Shown here: positions 25,968 to 34,143 of the stretch, one piece after another
Numbering within the stretch: position 1 is the first letter of the stretch
Layout of the letters: each line of letters starts with the position of its first letter
Position numbers and translations under genes: made by a program
Notes under the pieces: generated by a model
The model's input: only the letters and a program-made list of their open reading frames with translations
The model's database searches: none
What the model was told of the DNA's origin: nothing
Virus record (IMG/VR): IMGVR_UViG_3300037044_000037
Coordinates: 1-36,657 of that record
Length of the DNA: 36,657 bases
Direction: 5' to 3' (one strand)
DNA from: a virus
Taxonomy: Duplodnaviria; Caudoviricetes

Positions 25968-26013
25968 CTCTTATTCCTACAGCGCCTGTTTCTGACCGTT
26001 CTGGTGTCGGTAT

Positions 26014-26104
26014 GGGGTACCGTTCATTTTTTCTCGGTGGTACCCCTTTACGGTACCTCTGCATTTTTCCGGTGGTACCCCTTCTATTTAATAAGCGGTA
26101 CCCC
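26014..26104. repeat. Cluster of five GGTACC-core repeats, candidate centromere (parS/parC)
   Basis: GGTACC at 26016, 26039, 26052, 26074 and 26097, mostly extended to GGTACCCC; directly downstream of parA and the RHH gene. Confidence 0.75.
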
Positions 26105-26119
26105 TTACGGCAAGTTTTT

Positions 26120-26500
26120 CTATTTTTCCTCAACCTCATAACTGGTCGAATCAAACCAAACCAGCCGAAAGTCATAAAGAGGGCTCTTTTTATCAGTCAC
26201 CACCTTGAATTGGCTGATGTCCACACCAGACTGTAAGAAGTAACGCAGCGCAATCATTGCCACCTGGCTGGCTGGCACTTTGTGTTTTTTGGCAAGTTCT
26301 GAAACCTCATCGATCAGATCTTCCGGCAGGTCATACACCGCACGCTTTCGGGCTGCCTGTTTGTCTTTGGCCTTCTTCACACGCGCCCGCTCCCTGGTGG
26401 GAAGTCCTCGGTTATTCATCCGGTTTCTTCCTTCACTCAAGATGCTTTCAACAGCCTCATCACCTCTTGACTTCAAGAATCCGTCAGAGTCGCGATTCAT
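26120..26500 (-). CDS. Ribbon-helix-helix partition adaptor candidate (ParG-like)
   Basis: Flexible charged N-terminus then RAVYDLPEDLIDEVSELAKKHKVPASQVAMIALRYFL; immediately follows parA. Confidence 0.72.
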   Translation of the reverse strand: MNRDSDGFLKSRGDEAVESILSEGRNRMNNRGLPTRERARVKKAKDKQAARKRAVYDLPEDLIDEVSELAKKHKVPASQVAMIALRYFLQSGVDISQFKVVTDKKSPLYDFRLVWFDSTSYEVEEK

Positions 26501-26502
26501 GA

Positions 26503-27246
26503 TTACCTCACGATCCTGTCAATTATTTCAGCGTAGGCAAGACCGGCTTTTGATGGTGTCGGCATTTCAAACAGCGTCTTGCCTTTTCGGTTTGCCACCC
26601 TGCACGTATTGTCAACAGGGATGGGAGGCCAGACCAGGTTTCCATATTCAGCCACCAGATTATCAAGCTGCTGGTGGCTCTCAGTAGTAACCCTGTCAAA
26701 GAAAGTAGGTAAGATGCCAGCCAGCTTGCAGTGGCATTCAGTTCCGCGCATCACAGCATCCAGCGAGCGAATGATCTCGATCACGCCCTTGACCGCGAAC
26801 TGATCCAACTTTGTCGGCACAACCAGGTAGTCTGACGCGACCAGTGCAGCCACCTGAAATACATCCACACTTGGCGGGCAGTCAAAAATAACCAGGTCGT
26901 AAATTTCTTCATAATCCGTCAGACCGATCGAAAGAATACGCTCTCTGAAATTTCGGCTTGAAAGGATCTCTTTCAGCTTTTCAGTTTTCTTTGAGGACCT
27001 GATCACATCCAACCGATCACGACCTGATGGCATTGAACAATTCTGAAAATACTCTTCATCGTCCACCAGCCAGCGGTAAAGGTCAGAACCTTCAGGCAGC
27101 CCAAGGCTGTCAGCGACGTTGCCCTGGCTATCCAGGTCGATCAACAGCGTTTTATATCCGCGCAGTGCTGCGCCGTGTGCCACATTCACCGCGGAGGTTG
27201 TTTTCGCTACTCCGCCTTTTTGGTTTGCAAAAGTAATAATTGACAT
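26503..27246 (-). CDS. parA: ParA/Soj-family ATPase
   Basis: NQKGGVAKTT, LIDLDSQGN and FDCPP motifs; start re-called at ATG 27246; no N-terminal HTH. Confidence 0.93.
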   Translation of the reverse strand: MSIITFANQKGGVAKTTSAVNVAHGAALRGYKTLLIDLDSQGNVADSLGLPEGSDLYRWLVDDEEYFQNCSMPSGRDRLDVIRSSKKTEKLKEILSSRNFRERILSIGLTDYEEIYDLVIFDCPPSVDVFQVAALVASDYLVVPTKLDQFAVKGVIEIIRSLDAVMRGTECHCKLAGILPTFFDRVTTESHQQLDNLVAEYGNLVWPPIPVDNTCRVANRKGKTLFEMPTPSKAGLAYAEIIDRIVR

Positions 27247-27310
27247 ACCGAACGTCCTTTGTGAGGTACCCCGCGAGATCGCAAAACGAATGAGCAGGGG
27301 TTTCAAATAA

Positions 27311-28471
27311 TTACCCTAAATGCATTGGCATCAACGCGTAGCCGGCATCTGCCTCTTCGCGTTCAGATTCAATCACGATGGGCGTGTTGTTTGCATGGAA
27401 CTTCAACACCACCAATTCACCGCTCACGCGCTCAACGATTTCCTTCAACATTCTGGCGTTGGCCGCAATATTGAAAGGAAGCACAAATTTTTTATCTTCT
27501 GGAATTTCTTCAACCGGGGCGATCCGCGGAGTAGTGATCAGCGATGTCACAGATGAACCTTCACCCTCAACATTAGAAGTGAGTTTCAAACTGTCTTCAT
27601 GGAAAGTGAACTTGACCACGTTATTACCGCCAAACACTCTATGCGTGGTGAGCGAAAGACGCAAACCTTCAACCAGTTGAGAACGGTCGACAACGCATCG
27701 CATCCACCAATTTTTTGGGTAGATTGCTGCCCAATCCGGGAAGTTACCGTCAATCAATTCGCAAGCAGTGATTGCGTTTTCGTCGGATATGCAGATAGTT
27801 TGTTCAAGACGTTGAATTTTTACATCCTTACCCAATATCTTGCCGGCTTTGGCCAGAAAAAAACCGGGGATGATGCAGTCAAGACCTTCATACTTCACCA
27901 GGTTTCTTGCAATCCTGAATCCATCGGTGGCAGCGATCGAGCCGTTGAGTCTTACACCTTGCAACACTGGCCTTGCTTCATCTGAGGATGAACAGAAAGC
28001 AACAGACTTCACCGCATCAAAAAATCCGGCCGCTTGGATAGGTTCTACAGTTGAAAACTTCTCCAATCCACGAAAAATAAAATCGCGAATAGTTTCCGTC
28101 TCTTCTTTCGAATCACATCTTATGGTCAAAACACCATTCTTGCCGATGATGATCATCTGCTCAAGATTATTCGAATCTTTACGTGTTTCGATGCAGACCT
28201 TACCGGTCTCACCTGGTTTCACACCTGCAAGAATCTTTTTGAGTTCGATTACTTCAATGGATGTAGATTTACCATCGCTTTCAAGATCATCCACGTCAAG
28301 AGCGATCATTCCGATAAATTCAATATTTGTGCATCCTAATTGAATCTGATGATCATTTCGCTCTTGAATAAGAACGTTTTGAATAAACGGAAGCGTAGAG
28401 GGTTTTGATGAAAACCGGCTTACTTTTTGCAGTGCCTTTTTGAAACTATTCAAATCAACTAAAAATTTCAT
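27311..28471 (-). CDS. dnaN: DNA polymerase III beta sliding clamp homologue
   Basis: 386 aa; SSDEARPVLQGV, ATDGFRI, LIDGNFPDW and C-terminal ALMPM motifs. Confidence 0.9.
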   Translation of the reverse strand: MKFLVDLNSFKKALQKVSRFSSKPSTLPFIQNVLIQERNDHQIQLGCTNIEFIGMIALDVDDLESDGKSTSIEVIELKKILAGVKPGETGKVCIETRKDSNNLEQMIIIGKNGVLTIRCDSKEETETIRDFIFRGLEKFSTVEPIQAAGFFDAVKSVAFCSSSDEARPVLQGVRLNGSIAATDGFRIARNLVKYEGLDCIIPGFFLAKAGKILGKDVKIQRLEQTICISDENAITACELIDGNFPDWAAIYPKNWWMRCVVDRSQLVEGLRLSLTTHRVFGGNNVVKFTFHEDSLKLTSNVEGEGSSVTSLITTPRIAPVEEIPEDKKFVLPFNIAANARMLKEIVERVSGELVVLKFHANNTPIVIESEREEADAGYALMPMHLG

Positions 28472-28513
28472 TGTGCGGGTCCTTTCTTGGTAGGTGCTAA
28501 CAAAATGGTGCGT

Positions 28514-28831
28514 TCAATTCGCGATCTTTGCGCCCCCGAGCGACGCTGTTTGTGCGTGCAAGAGGGGTTCTTCTTTTCTCAAATCGCGGATATACCAGGT
28601 GCCGGTGTATCCTGACGGCCATTCAATCCGTGCGTGATTGTGATCACCGTCAAAACCGATTACCTTTCCGCCTGTCAGATTTGTGCCGATCACACAGACG
28701 CGATCGCCATAACCCAGTTTTGGCAGCGGCAAATCCTCTTTGAGTCTCAAGCTTTGGATGACTCCGAAACCAATCTCATCCAGCGTGCGGTTGGTTGGTA
28801 CTCGTAACTTAGAAGGTGAACTTAGTGTCAT
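28514..28831 (-). CDS. Hypothetical protein (SH3/KOW-like beta barrel)
   Basis: GDRVCV..GKVIG...ARIEW pattern; ATGA overlap with rep. Confidence 0.55.
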   Translation of the reverse strand: MTLSSPSKLRVPTNRTLDEIGFGVIQSLRLKEDLPLPKLGYGDRVCVIGTNLTGGKVIGFDGDHNHARIEWPSGYTGTWYIRDLRKEEPLLHAQTASLGGAKIAN

Positions 28832-29688
28832 GTTTTTATTCGCTCCATTTCTTGAACATCAGATTCGATCAACAGTTTGATCTCGCATCCAGCAAAACCT
28901 TTCAGCGCATTTTGCAGTTGCGGGCCTGCTCGCTTGCGAACCCAATCCCGCACTGGCGTGTTCATGGCCAGAATCCTGAGCTGATTGCCAACCAGGTTGC
29001 CAAGCTTAAGCGGCCTGATATAGGCGTCAAAATCAGCTTTAGGCATATCTTTCTGAATCACGCCAAGTGCTGAATTCCAAAGCTTTTCAGCTTGCAATCC
29101 GATCTGAATTTCAGGCAAAATAACAGGTTCAGAAAAAGGTTCAGGAGGGTTTTCAGGATCACCGACCAGCTTCACCGCGTGTCTGCTCGCGAGTTTCTCG
29201 TGTGCGGGTGAATCTGTTGCTGTATTTGTCTTTGTATTTGTATTTGTATTTGTTGCTGTATTTGATGTTGTTGTTGTAGTTGTATTTGGGGCGGAGTAGC
29301 TCACGACCTGCTCATGAGTTACTCCCGACCAGCTCGCGACCTGCTCGGGAGTTGGTGCCGGAATAACACTTGGTGATTCACGATTCAATCCACTCTGATG
29401 TGCAATAAACTTTGGATCATAAAAACACTTCTTACCGCCGGCTTCATACCTGAAGATCATCTTGCGTTCTTCAAACCAATCCATTGCAGCAGAGATCATT
29501 TCAACCGTCACATCATCACGCAGCGGAAACGCTTTCGACTTCAACCAGGCGGGTTTGTCATATCCCCTGCCCTCACGGTCAAGAATGATAAAAAACATGA
29601 CATAAAATAACCTGGTGAAATCATCCGGCATGTCGTTGATATCTTCAGAATCTGGCGTCTTTGTGTGGATGTTTCTATACTTAGGCAT
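28828..29688 (-). CDS. Replication initiator with C-terminal DnaA N-terminal-like domain
   Basis: N-terminal phage replisome-organiser-like domain (DREGRG); Thr/Asn linker; LWNSALGVIQKDMPKADFDAYIRPL...N..VRDWV. Confidence 0.8.
   Translation of the reverse strand: MPKYRNIHTKTPDSEDINDMPDDFTRLFYVMFFIILDREGRGYDKPAWLKSKAFPLRDDVTVEMISAAMDWFEERKMIFRYEAGGKKCFYDPKFIAHQSGLNRESPSVIPAPTPEQVASWSGVTHEQVVSYSAPNTTTTTTSNTATNTNTNTKTNTATDSPAHEKLASRHAVKLVGDPENPPEPFSEPVILPEIQIGLQAEKLWNSALGVIQKDMPKADFDAYIRPLKLGNLVGNQLRILAMNTPVRDWVRKRAGPQLQNALKGFAGCEIKLLIESDVQEMERIKT
29221..29352. repeat. Candidate replication origin within rep (iterons plus AT-rich skewed tract)
   Basis: Five 11-bp units nnCTCnnGAnn at 29298-29352 next to (TGTATT)n/(TGT)n repeats. 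Confidence 0.65.
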
Positions 29689-30023
29689 TAGGACGAATGC
29701 TCCTTTCGTCCGTACCCCGCGATATCGCGAAGCGAATGAGCAAGGGGTTCCATAGTTTCCTCACTTACAACAGATAAATTTTCTTCCTTGCGAATCTTCG
29801 CCAGTAAACGGTTGGTTTTATAAGGGTTTTCCAGCAGGCTTAAATCAAACTTTCTTATTGATTCGTAAACTTCGCAGACAATCGCCTCTATCTCAATTTC
29901 GAGCATATCAATTACAATGCGCACGCGCTCTCCCTTGGATGGCAATTCTTTCAAATTTGATCGGTATATGCCGTTGATGCGTTGATCAATCCGGCCATGG
30001 CCTTTGGCAATAACGGTAATCAT
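29688..30023 (-). CDS. Hypothetical protein
   Basis: ATG 30023 overlaps the upstream stop; its own stop overlaps the rep start. Confidence 0.6.
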   Translation of the reverse strand: MITVIAKGHGRIDQRINGIYRSNLKELPSKGERVRIVIDMLEIEIEAIVCEVYESIRKFDLSLLENPYKTNRLLAKIRKEENLSVVSEETMEPLAHSLRDIAGYGRKEHSS

Positions 30024-30442
30024 TCGACCACACTCATCTGACTGCCCCACATGCGTGCAGCTCCCCTGCGCATGGCGGATTCCTGTTCAAGCAGATCCAT
30101 TGCGAAATCGTGAAATTGAACCTTCAGAAAAGCTTCAAGCTCTTCCATGTTCGCGCACAACCAATAACCGCCTTTGATGCCGCCGGTCGAACCGATGGCA
30201 TAACCTTCCTTGCGCAGCTTGTTGATGATCTCTCTGAAATACCGGGTGTCTTTGATCTCAAAACCCTGGCACTGCAGTTCAAACAGTAAACGCGCCCCGC
30301 TGATCACATTCTTCCGACCAACATGATATGAGATGATCAACAAGACTGACTTCTCAAGCCGCTGTTTCACATCCTCAGAGAGGTTGTCAATCCGGTGGGC
30401 TTCTTGACCTACATTCATTGCAATTGGTGCGCTTATGTTCAT
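30020..30442 (-). CDS. Winged-helix protein
   Basis: TRYFREIINKLRKEGYAIGS...GGYW motif; start re-called at ATG 30442. Confidence 0.75.
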   Translation of the reverse strand: MNISAPIAMNVGQEAHRIDNLSEDVKQRLEKSVLLIISYHVGRKNVISGARLLFELQCQGFEIKDTRYFREIINKLRKEGYAIGSTGGIKGGYWLCANMEELEAFLKVQFHDFAMDLLEQESAMRRGAARMWGSQMSVVE

Positions 30443-30518
30443 GGTTCCCTTTCTGCCGGGAGGGTAAAAGGAGGAAACCCTCCCGGCGACCGATGTGGTA
30501 CTCATCTCAATAAAGTTA

Positions 30519-30599
30519 TGGTGAGCTATACCGGTTCGAACGGCTCTTGTAACGTGTGACCCACTTGGCTTGAGGGGGGCAAGTCAAGCTGTCTAGCCC
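30519..30599 (-). ncRNA. tRNA-like non-coding RNA (acceptor stem, T-arm and encoded CCA; no canonical D/anticodon arms)
   Basis: 5' GGGCTA pairs with TAGCTC-A-CCA; T-arm GCCG-TTCGAAC-CGGT; central 10-bp stem with CCCCCCT loop; intergenic. Confidence 0.55.
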
Positions 30600-30812
30600 A
30601 TATTTCCGGTCTTTCCCGGATGTCGCCTGTTTGGTTTCACCATTTCTCAAGGTCTGGCGCTTCCTCTCGTTGACGATGAGCCGTCAAGCTCCCGAGATTC
30701 CCAAGGTGAGCGGCTTCCTTTCGAAAGACGATCTGCCGCCAAGTGTTTGTCTTGTTCCAGTAAGAATATGCACTTTTTGGCCATCGGCCGCCCGAACACG
30801 TACATTGATTAC

Positions 30813-30935
30813 TTACTTCTTATTCAAATTACTCTTCTGAATTCCGATCGCCATTCTGACCGTTCGTGCAGCATTTGAGAATTCACGGTTCTTCAATGCC
30901 CTGAAAAATACCTTACGAGCTACTGTGTAATTCAT
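30813..30935 (-). CDS. Small basic protein (40 aa)
   Basis: AAGGAG RBS before ATG 30935. Confidence 0.55.
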   Translation of the reverse strand: MNYTVARKVFFRALKNREFSNAARTVRMAIGIQKSNLNKK

Positions 30936-31071
30936 GTTGTTTCTCCTTATCTTTCCAAACTTCCTCTTCAAGTCGAGCATAAAGGTTTGCCACAGATCGT
31001 TTCCATGCTGGCAATTCATCTGCCGGCACTGGCACCTTCACGACTGTCAACTCAACTTGATACTTGGCCAT
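30913..31071 (-). CDS. Small hypothetical protein (52 aa, not in ORF track)
   Basis: MAKYQVELTVVKVPVPADELPAWKRSVANLYARLEEE...; GAGAG upstream. Confidence 0.5.
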   Translation of the reverse strand: MAKYQVELTVVKVPVPADELPAWKRSVANLYARLEEEVWKDKEKQHELHSSS

Positions 31072-31190
31072 TTACTCTCTCAATCATCCACGGACCCGGG
31101 CGGCAGCAGGAGGTATTTCTAAATGTGTTTGGCTCCCGCCCGAGCGTTTCACTGGCTTTCAGCCAGATCCACTCTACGTGGCTGTGATGA

Positions 31191-31466
31191 TCAGGCTCTC
31201 ACGGGTATCAAATGTAGTCTTACCCGTGAAACCCTGCTGCTCAATTCATTGATCGGGTTCGTTTGTGCCCCGACCGCTTCAAGTGCTCTCAACAGTGTAT
31301 AAAGGTCATTGATCGAGTCCGCGGCAATCGTTTCAATCGCTTCCTCATCATTCGCCTCATTGTTGCTAATTTTTTGAAGGTTCTCGATGATTGCCTTGAC
31401 TAATTCGGCTGAATCATCCCTCACAGACATTGCCTGGTTAGGCCACTCTCTTGGTGTTGTTGCCAT
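31191..31466 (-). CDS. Hypothetical protein
   Basis: Strong AGGAGG RBS. Confidence 0.7.
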   Translation of the reverse strand: MATTPREWPNQAMSVRDDSAELVKAIIENLQKISNNEANDEEAIETIAADSINDLYTLLRALEAVGAQTNPINELSSRVSRVRLHLIPVRA

Positions 31467-31609
31467 ATCTTTTTTCCTCCTGGATCTTCCCGGTTCCGAC
31501 CCGAAAACATCCCAAAACGACCTATATACAGCCTGAATACACCCCGATTCGCCCTAAAGTTCACGAACCGCTGTTTGGTGCTATTCTCTTGTTATGAAAA
31601 CGAAATCAG

Positions 31610-31828
31610 TTACTTACTTGCTTCACATCCGAGATCCTTGACGAATTGTTCTTTGCCTGGCTTTACGAGAGTTGAATGAGCACCAGAAACAATAGATTTT
31701 GCCAACTCACTCACCGCTAGATCAATGACATTACCTTTCCACCGTAAATATGTTCCATCAGCAATAAGACTAAGTTTGTTGTCAGTCTCAGCCAATAAAG
31801 AAAAAGAGTTTGTAATTTTTTTTGTCAT
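31610..31828 (-). CDS. Cro-position small DNA-binding protein (RHH-like)
   Basis: First gene after the consensus promoter and divergent from the repressor; NSFSL strand followed by two helices; start re-called at 31828. Confidence 0.6.
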   Translation of the reverse strand: MTKKITNSFSLLAETDNKLSLIADGTYLRWKGNVIDLAVSELAKSIVSGAHSTLVKPGKEQFVKDLGCEASK

Positions 31829-31870
31829 TGTCTGCCATTTCTTATTTTCATTTTGCAAATCACAATTTTT

Positions 31871-31899
31871 ATTATACATATCGTTTTGCAGTTTGTCAA
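31871..31899 (-). promoter_or_regulatory. Perfect sigma70 consensus early promoter
   Basis: TTGACA (31899-31894), 17 bp, TATAAT (31876-31871). Confidence 0.88.
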
Positions 31900-31925
31900 T
31901 AGGCTTATATAAAGTTGTATTGAAT

Positions 31926-31934
31926 TGCTATAAT
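31926..31934 (+). promoter_or_regulatory. Extended -10 promoter for the repressor (leaderless mRNA)
   Basis: TGCTATAAT ends 6 nt before ATG 31941. Confidence 0.65.
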
Positions 31935-31940
31935 GGGAAA

Positions 31941-32375
31941 ATGAAAATGAAAGAATTTGATCCAAATACTTTCACTAAATGGATAAACGAAAAATTTGAA
32001 CAGGAAAGACAAGGCAACATCCGTTATAAGGTTGTTGACTTTGCCAAAATGCTCGAAAATCGTTCTCAGACTGTCAGCTATTGGCTACTTGGCAATTTAT
32101 CAAGTAGACCATCAGATGAGCAATGCAATAAATTAATTTCGATTTATGGCTTTGAATCTTATGAGCCTTTGGGTCTTGAACCACCCCTCGAAGAGTCAAT
32201 ATCTTCCGTTTTACCTTCAGAAGAAGCCACAGCGCTGATTGCTGCACTTTCTGAAATTCGATCATCAGGTATAAACAAAGGTAAAGAAACTGCTTCTCCA
32301 GAAGACATTGTAAAAATCAATGCCATTTTAGAAAAACATTTAGGCAAATATTTGGTGCACGGAACCGAGCAATAA
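31941..32375 (+). CDS. Immunity repressor candidate (XRE-like HTH)
   Basis: KVVDFAKMLENRSQTVSYWLLG...RPS HTH; divergent from the early operon; no peptidase domain; start re-called. Confidence 0.75.
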   Translation: MKMKEFDPNTFTKWINEKFEQERQGNIRYKVVDFAKMLENRSQTVSYWLLGNLSSRPSDEQCNKLISIYGFESYEPLGLEPPLEESISSVLPSEEATALIAALSEIRSSGINKGKETASPEDIVKINAILEKHLGKYLVHGTEQ

Positions 32376-32637
32376 CTTTGTGGCATAAGAGTACCCCTTT
32401 TCGTAATCGGCAGTGTTATTATAGATTTTTTGTTCTATAATTGCAATAGAAAAAAGGAGGATTTATCGAGAAAACATCTTAAATTATTCTGACTCTATTC
32501 CAACCCATTACCTGTAAACTTTATAAAAATATTATGAAAACATCACGTCTATTTTATCATTTCATTGCACCCTTTTGTCATTTATTGCTGACAGATTATC
32601 GTCCACAGTGCATGACAATCATGACAAAATCAAAACT

Positions 32638-33012
32638 ATGTTTACAGAGGGATTCGTCGAATGGCTTCAGAACGAAATATCAACCAGGCGTTGGAGCCAG
32701 GCTGACCTTGCACGTGAAGCTAAAATCTCAAGAGAGGCTGTCAGCGGCATCCTTAATTCAAGAAGATCACCAGGTCCAAAAGTATGCCGAAATATTGCCG
32801 GCGCTCTGAAAATATCACCGGTGACCGTTTTTATTAAAGCCGGCTTACTGCCTGCAGAAAAGACCAGGTCAACCATTCTTGATGAGATTAACCACAAATC
32901 TGGTCTGCTGCCTGTCACCAAACAAAAGATCGTTCTTGACCTGATCAACGGCCTGCTAACCAGAGAAGAAACCGAATCCCGCCTTTCTGACCAGGGAGGC
33001 GAAACCCAATAA
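32638..33012 (+). CDS. XRE-family HTH regulator
   Basis: WSQADLAREAKISREAVSGILNSRRSPG...IAGAL; start re-called at ATG 32638. Confidence 0.88.
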   Translation: MFTEGFVEWLQNEISTRRWSQADLAREAKISREAVSGILNSRRSPGPKVCRNIAGALKISPVTVFIKAGLLPAEKTRSTILDEINHKSGLLPVTKQKIVLDLINGLLTREETESRLSDQGGETQ

Positions 33013-33037
33013 TCTAAATGTTCAACGGGAGGATAAA

Positions 33038-33568
33038 ATGAATAGAATAATTTTGACCATCATTGTTATTTCATTGTTGCTATCAGCATGCGCACCAAAA
33101 ATAATCACGGAAGAGGAAAAATCAACAATTCAATTAGAAATTATTGAATTAAAAAACCAAGTTTCAACTCTATCAGTGGTTAATCAAAATATCGTTATCG
33201 CTCTTTCTGTTACACCAAAATCTACCTCCACACCAATAATTCCTCCGACTGCCACAAAAACACCTACGCCAGCATTTACCCCAACAATTACAACAACTCC
33301 AACCATTACACCAACAATGACTGCAACTCTTGATCCTCTCAAAAAAGCCAAAGGAAGTGGAATGTATCTAGTAAATGTTGATATTGCACCAGGTGTGTGG
33401 CGTTCAGATGGAAAAAACGACAATTGTTATTGGAAAGTCTCGTCGGCAACAGGTGGAATTATAAGAAACTTTTTTGGAATGGCTGGTGGAACCATTTATA
33501 TTCCAGAATCTGGCTTTCAGGTTGAATTAGACGGTTGTGGTACTTGGACATTCTTGCAAAATCCTTAG
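33038..33568 (+). CDS. Lipoprotein with Thr/Pro-rich linker
   Basis: Lipobox LLLSAC; PTATKTPTP linker; C-terminal GMYLVNVDIAPGVW..CYW domain. Confidence 0.82.
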   Translation: MNRIILTIIVISLLLSACAPKIITEEEKSTIQLEIIELKNQVSTLSVVNQNIVIALSVTPKSTSTPIIPPTATKTPTPAFTPTITTTPTITPTMTATLDPLKKAKGSGMYLVNVDIAPGVWRSDGKNDNCYWKVSSATGGIIRNFFGMAGGTIYIPESGFQVELDGCGTWTFLQNP

Positions 33569-33592
33569 TCTAGCTATTTCCTTGGAGGGAAA

Positions 33593-34129
33593 ATGAAAAA
33601 GTGCCCATATTGTGCTGAAGAAATTCAAGATGAAGCTGTTGTCTGTAGATACTGTGGTCGCGATCTTGTGCTGCCGCCTGTGCAAGTTATGACTCAACCA
33701 CATCAAACCCAACCTCAAAGAATTGCACCCAAGCCGCTTTCTACAGGTATGAAGGTTCTCATATCTATTATCGTATTTGTAGTAGTAATTCTCTGGGCGG
33801 TCGGAACACAAAAAAGTGGAATATCAAACGGAGTTAGGTCAGATTACACTTATGAAAAATGTGTGGATATTATTGACTCATCTGGCGATCACAGTTACGA
33901 CTACCTCACCATTGAAGGAACTATAAAGAATATATGCGACCACTCAATTTCGTATATTGAGCTTACTGGATATGCATATAATCAAAATGAGGTTCAAGTA
34001 GGTAGTGATTGGACTTACGCAGATTCAAATGAATTGCCGCCAGGTGCACAATCACAATTTACCATAATGATGAAAGTGCCTGATGGGCAATTAAAATATA
34101 AAGTTATTGTTACAGATTGGGATAATTAA
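33593..34129 (+). CDS. Zinc-ribbon + TM + FxLYD-like extracellular domain protein
   Basis: CPYC..CRYC; one TM; IEGTIKN...LPPGAQSQF; GGAGG RBS. Confidence 0.82.
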   Translation: MKKCPYCAEEIQDEAVVCRYCGRDLVLPPVQVMTQPHQTQPQRIAPKPLSTGMKVLISIIVFVVVILWAVGTQKSGISNGVRSDYTYEKCVDIIDSSGDHSYDYLTIEGTIKNICDHSISYIELTGYAYNQNEVQVGSDWTYADSNELPPGAQSQFTIMMKVPDGQLKYKVIVTDWDN

Positions 34130-34143
34130 AAGGGAGAGGGAAA

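Noticed and set aside
25951-26236. ORFs across the GGTACC cluster, or a mini CRISPR array
   Set aside because: Translations only mirror the repeats; units are 6-11 bp with short spacers, and there are no cas genes
30519-30599. Canonical tRNA-Gly(CCC)
   Set aside because: No D-arm, no U33, and wrong arm lengths; reported as tRNA-like ncRNA instead
345-31252. Numerous plus-strand ORFs opposite the minus-strand operons
   Set aside because: Antisense shadows without recognisable motifs
31725-31940. N-terminal extension of the repressor ORF
   Set aside because: Spans the divergent promoters and the opposite-strand gene; the HTH domain starts at 31941
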